DNA from: a virus | Taxonomy: Duplodnaviria > Heunggongvirae > Uroviricota > Caudoviricetes | DNA length: 64,000 nucleotides | Reading direction: 5' to 3' (one strand) | Virus record (IMG/VR): IMGVR_UViG_3300031992_000008 | Location: 64,001-128,000 of that record | The notes under the pieces: model-generated | What the model was told of the DNA's origin: nothing | The model's database searches: none | What the model saw: only the letters and a program-made list of their open reading frames with translations | In this document: piece after piece, positions 18,964 to 28,399 of the stretch | Layout of the letters: every line of letters begins with the position of its first letter | How positions within the stretch are numbered: position 1 is the first letter of the stretch | Program-made: the position numbers and the translations under genes

Positions 18964-18977
18964 AACAGAGGTTTGCT

Positions 18978-19355
18978 ATGTCTTGTGGATGCAAAAATTC
19001 TTTAAGTGCTAGCGCTTCTACGGCTACTGCCGATATTGCAACACGCATTGAATCGTCCTATTGGGAGCGTCGAAAGAGACAGATCATCGGATCCTTTCCG
19101 TATAGAGGTGTCATTCGACTTTCTGAATCTGACTTGAACTGTTATGGTGCATTTCTTCTTCGGCGAAAGGGCTGTAAGGCTCTTTCATTTCCCAAACATT
19201 TTAATTATGCCAGAATCCCCTATACTGCCGGAAAGTTTCATGACTCGATCGACATTGCAGGATTGATTTATTTCGTTACCAATGACGGTAAGTGCTGTAA
19301 AGTTTTTAAAGACATTTCTCGTGGCCCAGGTGAACAGACCTCATGTGAATGTTAA
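18978..19355 (+). CDS. Hypothetical Cys-rich basic protein
   Basis: SD GAGG; first gene of a + operon. Confidence 0.65.
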   Translation: MSCGCKNSLSASASTATADIATRIESSYWERRKRQIIGSFPYRGVIRLSESDLNCYGAFLLRRKGCKALSFPKHFNYARIPYTAGKFHDSIDIAGLIYFVTNDGKCCKVFKDISRGPGEQTSCEC

Positions 19356-20068
19356 CATTAAAGGAGATATCTCTAATGAGTAGAATTCTGAAACCTCTTG
19401 GAGCTTCTGTTGACGACTTTAAACAGTATTTGCAAACTGGCGAAGGCAAGCTTGCAGATATTATTAGAGACGCTTCGCAGTTGGCTTCGGAGAATAAAGG
19501 TCTCTCTGTGACTCTTGATTCCTCTGACTCTGCCAATGCAGTTCAAGCTCTTGAAGAAATGCAAGAACAGGTCAATAAGCTTTGGGCTGCAGTTCCCGCA
19601 CAGGAAGCTATGGATGCTAAGGCTAATGGAGTCATCGATAAGTACCTCTACAGTGACCGTACCAAGATGGCTAACTGGTATCTGCAGCAAGTTAAAGCTG
19701 CTACTACCCAGAACCGTATTGATAAACTTGTGGATGACATTGCTGATGACATTGACAAAATGGAAGACTTCGTTGATGGTGAAATCACCTTCTCGTCCTT
19801 TATTCGTTTCCTTGTCTCTTGGAAGGCATTTTGGATTGCAGCTGGCATTTCCATTATGTGTCCTCCGGCAGCTCTTATCTTAATTGCTACGCAGTACCAC
19901 AAGGTTGAAAAGATCCGTGAAAAGACTCAACGCCTAATGCCTATCATGTATGACGTCTTCAGACAAGCTAAGAAGAAGCAGAAAGACATGATGTATGGCA
20001 AGGTCAAAGATTCGTCTCAGTACAGAGGCGATGATGATGACGACAACGGCGACGATGACGATGAATAA
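19349..20068 (+). CDS. Hypothetical protein with hydrophobic hairpin, paralogue of 20081-20701 (start may be ATG 19376)
   Basis: Shares DKYL.SDRTKM, IDKMEDF.D and IREKT..L.P.M with the next gene; one hydrophobic stretch. Confidence 0.75.
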   Translation: MLTLKEISLMSRILKPLGASVDDFKQYLQTGEGKLADIIRDASQLASENKGLSVTLDSSDSANAVQALEEMQEQVNKLWAAVPAQEAMDAKANGVIDKYLYSDRTKMANWYLQQVKAATTQNRIDKLVDDIADDIDKMEDFVDGEITFSSFIRFLVSWKAFWIAAGISIMCPPAALILIATQYHKVEKIREKTQRLMPIMYDVFRQAKKKQKDMMYGKVKDSSQYRGDDDDDNGDDDDE

Positions 20069-20080
20069 GGAGAGAATACA

Positions 20081-20701
20081 ATGAAGAAACTTAGACCCAT
20101 TTGTGCTTCTAAATCCGATTTCAGTTCTTTCCTTGCTGGTCAGGAAAGTGTCGTTGCTGATGCTTTCGAACGCCAAGAAAAGTTTGCCAGTGCTACCTAC
20201 AGCGAAAAGAATTTCGAACTTGATTCTATCGATGTAAGTACTGCAATCGAATCTATCCAAGAATTCCAAGATCGTGCTGAAAAGCTTCTCGACATGCTTC
20301 CTGCTTCGGAAGCTGCAAGAGCTAATGACGTGATCGATAAGTACCTCAACTCTGACCGTACCAAGATGGTTGATCACTACCGTGATCTTATCAAGGAAGC
20401 TACCACTGCTGGTGAAGTCAATGGTCTCATCTCTGAGATTCAGGCTAACATCGACAAAATGGAAGACTTCATTGATAACAAATGTACTGTTGAAGCCTTC
20501 GTTCGTTGGCTTGTGACTTTCTTGTTCATCTTTGGTATGACAATCGGCTTCGGTTTGCTCGGTCTGACTGGTTCTACTCTCGTTGGTATGGAAAGATACC
20601 AGAACGTTGACAGAATCCGTGAAAAGACTAAGCAGCTTCTTCCGTACATGAAAAAGTGTCTGGCTGAAGCCCAAGCCAAGTACAAGAAACTTGCAAAATA
20701 A
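20081..20701 (+). CDS. Hypothetical protein with hydrophobic hairpin, paralogue of 19349-20068
   Basis: Same shared blocks; hydrophobic segment WLVTFLFIFGMTIGFGLLGLTG. Confidence 0.78.
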   Translation: MKKLRPICASKSDFSSFLAGQESVVADAFERQEKFASATYSEKNFELDSIDVSTAIESIQEFQDRAEKLLDMLPASEAARANDVIDKYLNSDRTKMVDHYRDLIKEATTAGEVNGLISEIQANIDKMEDFIDNKCTVEAFVRWLVTFLFIFGMTIGFGLLGLTGSTLVGMERYQNVDRIREKTKQLLPYMKKCLAEAQAKYKKLAK

Positions 20702-20713
20702 AGGAGTCTCCCT

Positions 20714-21274
20714 ATGTATACACCTGAAAAAGTGTATGCTTATGGAGATACGGAAAAAGCTGGTGCAATCTTCGCAAAAGCTTTGTCCAAGTGGTTTGAC
20801 CTTGGTGAGCGTTTGGCTGTAGCTTCTCAGGATATGATTATCCTTAAGAAGATTGCCGAACGTGCCAAGATCATTCAATCTGGTCTCGAAGACAGAAGCC
20901 TTATGTCCATCGCTAATATCCTTGGACAAGAAGGTTTCTTCTTTGAAGACATCAGAGAAATGGATCACAAGCTGTTGTCTAGAGCGATATCCAGAGAAAT
21001 GTACGTCAAGAAGGCAAAGTACCTTCAACAGTACTTAGCCGAAAAACTTAACCGAACCAAAGATATCAAACTGAGTGAAAAACCAAATGAAACCGAATTG
21101 TGGACAGTGTTTAACTACTTGACTAAGCTTGTAGAAGACAAATCCTTGTACAAGCGTATCTATGGTCGGGAGCTCTCCTTCATATCAAGGTTAGCTTCAA
21201 AGTTTAATCTTGACTCGGAAAAATTCTCCGTGTCTTCAAAAGCTGCCATTGCCTTGTGCATAACAAGATCTTAA
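20714..21274 (+). CDS. Hypothetical protein (186 aa)
   Basis: SD AAGGAG; last gene of the operon before a terminator. Confidence 0.75.
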   Translation: MYTPEKVYAYGDTEKAGAIFAKALSKWFDLGERLAVASQDMIILKKIAERAKIIQSGLEDRSLMSIANILGQEGFFFEDIREMDHKLLSRAISREMYVKKAKYLQQYLAEKLNRTKDIKLSEKPNETELWTVFNYLTKLVEDKSLYKRIYGRELSFISRLASKFNLDSEKFSVSSKAAIALCITRS

Positions 21275-21310
21275 AAATAATAGAGTATCTTTCGATACTC
21301 TATTTTTATT
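21273..21310. terminator. Bidirectional terminator
   Basis: AATAGAGTATC-tttc-GATACTCTATT between convergent genes. Confidence 0.8.
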
Positions 21311-22575
21311 TACTTTTTAGTCTTTGTTTCCGGTTCTGGCTTGAAAGACGTACCCATTTCGGCAGCAATCTTCTTAGCCTCTTCTTCAGAGACCGTAGAA
21401 TCGATCGTCTTAACCGGGCAACGATACATCTTACCAGACATGATTTCGATAACCTTAGCCTCAATCGCTTCACCAAGAGCAGGATTTTTCGCAACAACGT
21501 CACGAACAGTCTTCTTAGTGAACTTGATTTCAGGGCAAGAGTTCAACACGCTGTACGGGCCAGCAGCTTTAATATCACCTGTTTCATACAAGAACTGTAC
21601 GTTAGACAGGAGATTATCGTAGACACCACCGTGTGTGCTATCAAACACCAACGGGTATTTACGACCAGCCACGTTCGAACGTGATTTCAAAATCTGAATC
21701 TGGTTGATAAAACCGTCGAAACCATAGTCTTTGTCAGCATGGAGAATTGTTCCTTTAAAGATCTTGGCACTGAAGTCCGCATAGAAGACAGACCCAGAAC
21801 CACCTTTGATGTTTTCATCAGGAGGTAAGAACGGAATCTTGGAAACCTGAGGTGTTCCCATCGCAGGTTTCGTATTCAAATGCGAAACAAAGCCAATCAT
21901 GATGTTAGCAGCATAGAGCATGTTAAGCGATTTTGCAATGAAGTCATTGTTTTCAATAGCTTGACGTGCACCAGCAGTATTCGCAGAAAGCTCGCCCTTA
22001 TCTTCGGCAGAAGCGGAAGAAGCCTTAGAGAAAGTAGAAGCCAGAGAGTCTACCACGATGATAGTAGGAGCCAGAACCTTGTGCTTCTTACCGTCGTAAC
22101 CAGTGATTTCTTCAGTAAGCTCTTCAAGGTGATCCATCTTGAAATCGTGTGTAGTCTTGACAAATTCAATAAGATCGTCGAGATAAGTATCTTCGCTTTC
22201 AATTCTGACTTGGTCGTAGAATTTCTGCAAGAGCTCAGGACTCTTATCGTGACCACAATACAACTGAATAGAACGAGACTTACTGTTCATAGCCTTTTCA
22301 GCATCGAACCAGTACATATCGCCATTTTCAAACTGCTGGATCATCGGGAAAGACAGCTGAGCAATGATAGTAGATTTACCGGATCCGGAGAATCCACAGA
22401 TTGCAAAAATACGACCAGTACGAAGACCTGCTTCATAGCAGCCATTTTCTTGGTCGATACAACCGTTTGCCATGTCGATCAGCGTAAAGCCAGTCGGAAT
22501 AGCGTGATCTTTAAAGTACTCACCAGTACGCTGAGCACCCATAGTTTTTTCGCGGAATTTGGACATTAGTGACAT
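21310..22575 (-). CDS. RecA/UvsX-like recombinase
   Basis: PTGFTLID, Walker A GFSGSGKS, WFDAE, Walker B IVVDSLA, VSH, GGSG..FYAD, KSR. Confidence 0.9.
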   Translation of the reverse strand: MSLMSKFREKTMGAQRTGEYFKDHAIPTGFTLIDMANGCIDQENGCYEAGLRTGRIFAICGFSGSGKSTIIAQLSFPMIQQFENGDMYWFDAEKAMNSKSRSIQLYCGHDKSPELLQKFYDQVRIESEDTYLDDLIEFVKTTHDFKMDHLEELTEEITGYDGKKHKVLAPTIIVVDSLASTFSKASSASAEDKGELSANTAGARQAIENNDFIAKSLNMLYAANIMIGFVSHLNTKPAMGTPQVSKIPFLPPDENIKGGSGSVFYADFSAKIFKGTILHADKDYGFDGFINQIQILKSRSNVAGRKYPLVFDSTHGGVYDNLLSNVQFLYETGDIKAAGPYSVLNSCPEIKFTKKTVRDVVAKNPALGEAIEAKVIEIMSGKMYRCPVKTIDSTVSEEEAKKIAAEMGTSFKPEPETKTKK

Positions 22576-22647
22576 AATGAACCTTGTTTGTTGTTTGTTA
22601 AGTGAACTGTAGCTGTCCGCAATACGTCAAAGACGCAGTACTTCGGC

Positions 22648-22659
22648 CAATTTCTAGTT
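22648..22659 (-). promoter_or_regulatory. Putative non-virion-RNAP promoter AACT-N6-TG
   Basis: AACTAGAAATTG about 70 nt upstream of the recombinase. Confidence 0.55.
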
Positions 22660-22674
22660 CGGTTCATTATGAAA

Positions 22675-22690
22675 TGTATATTATTTTATG
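22675..22690 (+). promoter_or_regulatory. Putative early promoter (TATATTA class)
   Basis: TGTATATTATTTTATG; an identical 16-mer lies at 60519-60534 on the minus strand. Confidence 0.6.
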
Positions 22691-22710
22691 TCTTAACCTA
22701 AGGAGTTATT

Positions 22711-23136
22711 ATGCAATTTATGTCTTTAGAAGAAGCTTGGGAGCTTATTATACGAAATGAAGAGCTAGAGTACTATAGAAGAGGTTTATCCTTCGATATC
22801 GAGGAAGTGGTAGACTACTACAAGGACAAAAATGGTTTCTACTTCTATGGTGACCCTAATAAATGTATTCTGGCTTTTAGAGAGCTTGATGCCCATACGT
22901 GCCTCGTTACAGAATTATATGTCAATCCTGCAGAACGCATGAAGGGTCTCTCTTTCGAATTATTCGATAAGGTATTTAAAATGTTCGATGATCATGACTT
23001 TCTGGTCAATGTTAACGATACTAATCTTACCGGTATACGTGCATACTATAAAAATGGATTCAGATATGTTAAAATCATAGAAGAAAGACCCGACTTTAAA
23101 ATCCTCCAGTACAAAAAAGAAAGGAGCAGGACTTAG
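22711..23136 (+). CDS. GNAT-family acetyltransferase
   Basis: ELYVNPAERMKGLS (R/QxxGx-like acetyl-CoA loop), LVNV..TN..GIRAYYKNGF. Confidence 0.75.
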   Translation: MQFMSLEEAWELIIRNEELEYYRRGLSFDIEEVVDYYKDKNGFYFYGDPNKCILAFRELDAHTCLVTELYVNPAERMKGLSFELFDKVFKMFDDHDFLVNVNDTNLTGIRAYYKNGFRYVKIIEERPDFKILQYKKERSRT

Positions 23137-23155
23137 TCCTGCTCTTTTTATTTTT
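23114..23155. terminator. Bidirectional terminator
   Basis: GAGCAGGAC-tta-GTCCTGCTC with flanking A and T tracts. Confidence 0.75.
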
Positions 23156-23639
23156 CGGATTCTCGTACTTTGAAACAATACGAGAATTCATAGGTATAGT
23201 CGCCAGAAGCGAGCTCTATTTTCTTAGATGTATGCATCTGCAGTTCTTCAGCAAAGGCTTTCATAAGACGATTTCTGGCATTTATCGCTTCAAAGTAGTA
23301 TCCATTTAAATAGCAATACAATTTCGATTTTACTAGTATTTTGAAGTAATAATCATTGCCAGTTTTAATAGTACGTAAATCTAGCGTAGTATTATCTACC
23401 ACGTGTTCTGGTTTAGTACCGATAACCACATTAAAGTATACGTTATTACTTAGAACGAATGTGTCCGGGTTATCCCTTAAGAACTTCTCAATTTCCGGGA
23501 ATACCTTCGGAAATGCACTAGTAATGTCTTTAACGAGTTCGTCTATTTTGCTATGTCTTTTAGAATGCTTCTTATTATACGATGACATACAAATGTCTTC
23601 TAGCATATCTCTCCTTATATTGCAAGCTTCATAAGCCAT
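23148..23639 (-). CDS. Hypothetical protein (163 aa)
   Basis: Directly downstream of the ABC-type ATPase on the same strand. Confidence 0.7.
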   Translation of the reverse strand: MAYEACNIRRDMLEDICMSSYNKKHSKRHSKIDELVKDITSAFPKVFPEIEKFLRDNPDTFVLSNNVYFNVVIGTKPEHVVDNTTLDLRTIKTGNDYYFKILVKSKLYCYLNGYYFEAINARNRLMKAFAEELQMHTSKKIELASGDYTYEFSYCFKVRESEK

Positions 23640-23652
23640 ATTTCATTTCCTT

Positions 23653-24519
23653 TTACTTTTTGGGATTTGACAAACACCAAAGATCTACATGATGTTCCTT
23701 GTTAGACTCCATACCCCTATCAGGCATCATTTCCGGATGATGCGTTGTATAGATTATTTGAGCCTTGTCAGCAAATTTAGGTATAGAGTCGGCTAAAACT
23801 TCCTGCGAGCATAGATGAAGACCAACACCAAACCCGTCTATAAGAAGGATTTTGATTTCATCTGATGCAATCAGTAAAGCTAAAGACAGGCACATCATTT
23901 CTTTTTCGCCATGTGAGAATGGTTCCAGCCAACTATCTAGGGCATTATACCATAGCTTATCCGATTTATATTCTCCACGTTTAGGCAATGGGCTAAAATA
24001 TTTTGGATATGCTCCTATGTCCAAGAAGGCTCTACAAGCTTGATCTATCATCTTTGTAGGATAATTAAAATTATTCCTACATAGAAGATCTCCTAAGACC
24101 TCTCCATAGTAATGATAACGTTCGTCATCAAGAAATGGAATGATAGGCTTGTATTCTCCACTCATCTTATCTGGGAGCATAGATTTTTTACCATTGATAC
24201 TGATCTCGAACTTGCCGTTTTTCGGATCGATAGCCCTGACTTCGATATTCCTTTGGTCATCGGTAGTCACTATAACAGTATCAAAGATATAGCTCCATTC
24301 AGTGTATTTGTAAAATTCTCCTTCTCTCTCAACTTTTAAGAGTTTGATTAAAGGATCGAAAGAACCAGTCCACAGTACTTCTGTCAAGGCACAGATAACT
24401 TTCAGTATCAAAGTTTTTCCAAACCCATTTGGGCCTGTTATACAAAGATAGTCCTCGACTGGTATGTCATAATGCCAGCCCATAAGCTTAAATTCGTATT
24501 GAATTCTCGTAAGTTTCAT
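23653..24519 (-). CDS. ABC-type (AAA_21-like) ATPase with degenerate Walker B
   Basis: Walker A GPNGFGKT, signature FSHGEKE, LLIDGFGVGLH (normally IDEPE..LH), YTTHHP. Confidence 0.8.
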   Translation of the reverse strand: MKLTRIQYEFKLMGWHYDIPVEDYLCITGPNGFGKTLILKVICALTEVLWTGSFDPLIKLLKVEREGEFYKYTEWSYIFDTVIVTTDDQRNIEVRAIDPKNGKFEISINGKKSMLPDKMSGEYKPIIPFLDDERYHYYGEVLGDLLCRNNFNYPTKMIDQACRAFLDIGAYPKYFSPLPKRGEYKSDKLWYNALDSWLEPFSHGEKEMMCLSLALLIASDEIKILLIDGFGVGLHLCSQEVLADSIPKFADKAQIIYTTHHPEMMPDRGMESNKEHHVDLWCLSNPKK

Positions 24520-24575
24520 TTTAATTCCTCTGGTTAGTCATTCTTTAATATAACACTAAAGAAATACCTATATAG

Positions 24576-24611
24576 AGAAAAATAATCTGCTTCCGAAGAA
24601 GCAGATTTATT
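24576..24611 (-). terminator. Intrinsic terminator (UUCG loop)
   Basis: AATCTGCTTC-TTCG-GAAGCAGATT on the minus strand, with a T-rich tail, after the tail tube gene. Confidence 0.8.
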
Positions 24612-24621
24612 GTTTTGCAAA

Positions 24622-25410
24622 TTATTCCGTTGCAAAGGTGCCTTCGTTTTCGGTATGCAAGCAGTTAATGCTTGCGAACGACTCGATAACGCTAGCAGCA
24701 TATTCGAGCACACCACCGCCGAACCAACGGTCACCAGTGAAGTTGATATCAACGTTCACACCTTCCTGAGAACCCTGAGTGAAGTTCCAGTGAGATCTGG
24801 AGATCTTCAAGGGCATCACGTTGGTGTAGTAGGTGGCAGTTTCAATATCCTTGTAAACTGCACGACCCTTTTCACCAGCACGGGCAACAGAAGGTTTCAA
24901 AACGACATAGAGCAGTTCGCCAGTATGGTTACGAGCAGCGTAGTCAACACCAGCAAGGCCAGGATAGGTAGCAATGCCAGAGTGCGGGTCACGAACAGAC
25001 GAGACCCAGAAGTCGTAACATTCAGAAACCGGAGAATCAGAATATTCGATGTGAGACATCGTAAAGCCTGTTCCCTTGCTTCCGATAGCACCAGCAAACT
25101 GAGATTCGTTGCCAGTGAAACCGAGAGATGCAGAAACAGTGCTAATTTCGACATCATCGTTACCGTTAAAGGACTTAAGGTTCTTTTCGGTAAGAGAGGC
25201 GAAATGCGGGTACTTTTCTTTGAACCACGTCGGAAGCTTGATCCACTTAATAAAAGAGTAACCAGTAACCAACGGATCCATAGGCTGTGTACGGGTGTTG
25301 AACGCACCTGTATAGAAAGTATCCTTAGTAATGTTATCGATGTTATCACTAGAGAAACTTACGTTAGCAGTTTTGCGCTCCAAACCATACGGATTACCTT
25401 TATAGGCCAT
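24622..25410 (-). CDS. Tail tube protein (T4 gp19-like fold)
   Basis: Start moved to ATG 25410 behind GGAGG. DPLVTGYSFIKW..LP, EYSDSPV..YDFWV..VRDP.SG, HTGELLYV, YYTNVMP match my recollection of jumbo-phage tube proteins. Confidence 0.7.
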   Translation of the reverse strand: MAYKGNPYGLERKTANVSFSSDNIDNITKDTFYTGAFNTRTQPMDPLVTGYSFIKWIKLPTWFKEKYPHFASLTEKNLKSFNGNDDVEISTVSASLGFTGNESQFAGAIGSKGTGFTMSHIEYSDSPVSECYDFWVSSVRDPHSGIATYPGLAGVDYAARNHTGELLYVVLKPSVARAGEKGRAVYKDIETATYYTNVMPLKISRSHWNFTQGSQEGVNVDINFTGDRWFGGGVLEYAASVIESFASINCLHTENEGTFATE

Positions 25411-25471
25411 AATATCCTCCGAAAGCAGAGCTTTCATGTTAGTTTTTCTTCGAAGAAAGAACTAGTCTTCC

Positions 25472-25483
25472 TAATGATAAGTT
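25472..25483 (-). promoter_or_regulatory. Putative non-virion-RNAP promoter AACT-N6-TA
   Basis: AACTTATCATTA upstream of the tail tube gene. Confidence 0.7.
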
Positions 25484-25510
25484 TATCTAGAATTTTTTCT
25501 GTATATTTAA

Positions 25511-25544
25511 AAACAAAAAAAAAAGAAAAGCTCCGAAGAGCTTT
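25511..25544 (-). terminator. Intrinsic terminator (UUCG loop)
   Basis: AAAGCTC-TTCG-GAGCTTT followed by a long T tract on the minus strand. Confidence 0.8.
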
Positions 25545-26751
25545 ATTTAATGTATATCATTTTTCCCGGTTGAACTGGAACACAATTTTCAAAACCATTA
25601 GCATTGATAACCCATAGAGCTTGGAAACCTCTTGGAAGAGGTATAGTTACCTGCTCTGCAATGCCATCTGTCATGATAACGATGTTCTTGAATCCTTTAG
25701 ACAAGGCATGTTCAAAGATCGGGGTAAATGACGTACCTCCACCGCCATCTAGCTTCACTGGTCTCATGAAATCAGATTTAGTCAATACTCTATATCTATC
25801 AGGCAATTCAACATAAGCGTCAAACGTCCAAAGATATACAGGACAAAGATCTGTCAAACGCAGCAGCTCACCAAGGCATTTTTCCTTCTGTTCTCTGCTC
25901 ATAGAGCCGGAAACGTCCAGATAACAGGCTATAGGAGCAACTGTCTTCTTTTCATATCCGGGGAAGGGTTTATGGTGGTACTTGTGATATCTCCTTCGTG
26001 TCGGTACATTCTCCCATATAACGAGATGCCCAATTTCCATTCTGAGAATCCTATGCCACGGAACCTGTCTGGATTGTGCCGCTTTAATTGCATCAATAGC
26101 ACGAATCGACATTTTTCCAAACATTTGGTTTCGTTCATTTCGCTCAAACATGTTTTTCAGGTTTGATTCAGCAGTCGGATCTTCCGAAAACTTGGTATGT
26201 TCGTCTATAATAGTCTCGCCATACAAAAGCTCAGAGAGCATCTTTAAAATCTCAGTTACTCCCTTATTATCGAAGAACTGGATGAGAAGTTCTCTATACT
26301 GTTCATATGATAAGTACTTTTCAAAGCCGAACGTTTCGGGAAGAACAACCTGAATACCACCAAGCGAACCGTCTTCTTTTATCTCTCTAGGATAGTCTAG
26401 AAGGATTCTATCATTAGGATCGACCGGAATCAGACAATTCACAGCCATATCCATAGCGATATTATCCAATAGCTGCTCTCTAGGGTCTTCAGAGCCTCTG
26501 TAGCCGCTGCAATGATGCAACAGCAGATGAAGACACTCATGACACAGGATAAAGCTTCTGGCAGGAGTCTTATACTTAAGTAGGAATTCCGGATTGTACT
26601 CCAGATAATAATTACCATGCTCGGTAAAGACTCTCGCAGACTGAATATCAGGATTCTTTTTCGTGAAAGTTCTGATGAGCATATCAAAGGCGTAAGGAGA
26701 TGACATCGTAAGGATGTTGATATTTTTATTCAACAATTCCTCAATAGTCAT
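25543..26751 (-). CDS. Metallopeptidase-like + vWA domain protein (MoxR partner, DUF2201-like)
   Basis: HECLH (HEXXH) and DMAVN; MIDAS motifs LDVSGSM, GGGGTSF, IMTDG. Confidence 0.88.
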   Translation of the reverse strand: MTIEELLNKNINILTMSSPYAFDMLIRTFTKKNPDIQSARVFTEHGNYYLEYNPEFLLKYKTPARSFILCHECLHLLLHHCSGYRGSEDPREQLLDNIAMDMAVNCLIPVDPNDRILLDYPREIKEDGSLGGIQVVLPETFGFEKYLSYEQYRELLIQFFDNKGVTEILKMLSELLYGETIIDEHTKFSEDPTAESNLKNMFERNERNQMFGKMSIRAIDAIKAAQSRQVPWHRILRMEIGHLVIWENVPTRRRYHKYHHKPFPGYEKKTVAPIACYLDVSGSMSREQKEKCLGELLRLTDLCPVYLWTFDAYVELPDRYRVLTKSDFMRPVKLDGGGGTSFTPIFEHALSKGFKNIVIMTDGIAEQVTIPLPRGFQALWVINANGFENCVPVQPGKMIYIK

Positions 26752-26753
26752 TC

Positions 26754-28040
26754 TTAACCTCCAATGGGTGCATCAGACTCGATGTTAATACCACGAGCGA
26801 TTGCCGAATCACGCCACTTCTTATAACCGCCAAGGGTCTTATAAATGACGTTCATACGAGCACCGGAATAAGACATCCAAGATATAGCTTCAGATTCGTT
26901 GTTGTGTTTCCAGTCGGAGTAGAATGCTGCGACACCTTCGTTGGGCAAACACTGAAGCAATGCCAGAAGATTTGCGCCATACTGAGGCTTCTTCAAGCCC
27001 TTCTTGGACACAAGTCTGGAAGCATTATAAGCAATCACAGGAATGGACAGCTTCTTTGCATCTTCAAGTTTCTTGAGTTCTTGTTCAGCAGCTCTGACTT
27101 CTGCGGCAGTACCCTTATTATAGATGACGAGTTCGATGTCAATACTAAGACCCTTACGGTCATTGCAGAATGTTACAAACGGAGCGCCATGAACACCAAG
27201 GATAGCATTAGCAATAGCACTGAGCTCTGCATTGATCTCAGCACTCTTTTCGGACTCTTCAACGTAGTCAAAACCGTTGTTAGCTGCTCGCATCAGCTTC
27301 TTACCGAGCTTTTCCCATGCTCTAGGAGATGCAGTCTTCTGACCCTTAATTGCACAATCCCTAATAGTTTCAGTAGGGATAATGATGTGCTCTTTGTAGG
27401 TCATGAGATATTCAAGAACAACCGGATGCATAATACCAGCATCAACCTTCTTCTTAAAGATGTCGAGGATCTCGTCATCAGTAGGATCATAGGCGTAATT
27501 TTCGACTCTGTCCATCTGGGCAGGGTCAATGTTGGCATTACCATTGTAAATATCGGTGTTCTCGTTATCCGCAACAGCTACGTAGCACTTGTCATGCAGA
27601 GGCACACCAAAAATGGTGTGGTCGAGAGTGAGTTCCATCAATGCGTTATGGATAAGAGGATTTCCTCTCTTCCATTCATCGATGAACAAAATGTAATAGT
27701 CGTCATAAATTGTCAGAGGCTGATAACCATCTTCTCCAAGCAGTTTCAGCATCTGATCGTCATATTCCTTCCCAGTCGGAATCCAGCTAGGAGGACAGCT
27801 GTGAGTTCTTCCCTTAAAGCTCTTGACCTCACCAATCATATCTGCAGGGTCAATCTGGGAAGCACAACGTGTGATCACGTGCACACGTTCAATCGGAACT
27901 TTGTTCTGTTCCGCGATGCATCGTCTCATATTAATTTTCACGAAACTGGACTTGCCAATTCCGTGATTTCCTTCAAACCCGATAGTATCTTCGGGCGACA
28001 GAGAAAGCTTAATGTTTCTCTCTAGACTAGATATGCTCAT
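26754..28040 (-). CDS. MoxR-like AAA+ ATPase
   Basis: Start moved to ATG 28040 (ATGA overlap). GNHGIGKS, DPADMIG, LFIDEWKRG, DPAQMDR, SPRAWE. Confidence 0.88.
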   Translation of the reverse strand: MSISSLERNIKLSLSPEDTIGFEGNHGIGKSSFVKINMRRCIAEQNKVPIERVHVITRCASQIDPADMIGEVKSFKGRTHSCPPSWIPTGKEYDDQMLKLLGEDGYQPLTIYDDYYILFIDEWKRGNPLIHNALMELTLDHTIFGVPLHDKCYVAVADNENTDIYNGNANIDPAQMDRVENYAYDPTDDEILDIFKKKVDAGIMHPVVLEYLMTYKEHIIIPTETIRDCAIKGQKTASPRAWEKLGKKLMRAANNGFDYVEESEKSAEINAELSAIANAILGVHGAPFVTFCNDRKGLSIDIELVIYNKGTAAEVRAAEQELKKLEDAKKLSIPVIAYNASRLVSKKGLKKPQYGANLLALLQCLPNEGVAAFYSDWKHNNESEAISWMSYSGARMNVIYKTLGGYKKWRDSAIARGINIESDAPIGG

Positions 28041-28300
28041 GTTTTGTCCTTCAAAAGTTCGGCAACTTTCTTGCCGTAAGGGTGGTACCACGGTACTTCG
28101 AACCCGTAAGAAGCAGGCCTGCCATTGTCAGGATCGAAGACTATAGACGGTTTTAGTAACCTATAGATAACCTTTGGAAGTTCCCAGTTCGTTACAAAGA
28201 TATACATCTTACGTTTCTCGTCATTTTCCCAATGACCGAAGAAGCGATGGTCGTCAATCTCAATACGAGACTTGAAGAATCTTATTGAAAGGATATCCAT
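28037..28300 (-). CDS. Hypothetical protein (87 aa), first gene of the MoxR operon
   Basis: SD GGAG; translationally coupled to the ATPase. Confidence 0.7.
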   Translation of the reverse strand: MDILSIRFFKSRIEIDDHRFFGHWENDEKRKMYIFVTNWELPKVIYRLLKPSIVFDPDNGRPASYGFEVPWYHPYGKKVAELLKDKT

Positions 28301-28334
28301 AGTATTACTCCATGTTTATATATGGTTACGTTTC

Positions 28335-28346
28335 CAACATTAAGTT
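28335..28346 (-). promoter_or_regulatory. Putative non-virion-RNAP promoter AACT-N6-TG
   Basis: AACTTAATGTTG upstream of 28300. Confidence 0.55.
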
Positions 28347-28399
28347 CATTGCATTTTTAGATAAAAAAAGAATGCTCTGCCGGAACAGAGCACAATATT

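Noticed and set aside
25511-25530. Poly-A tract as a phase-variation site
   Set aside because: It is the U-tail of a minus-strand UUCG terminator in non-coding DNA.
26904-28025. Long antisense ORFs (also 24610-25617, 19934-21028, 17922-18638, 21880-22569, 38607-39518, 40902-41510, 45887-46747)
   Set aside because: They lie opposite motif-bearing genes and are explained by codon bias; no independent signals.
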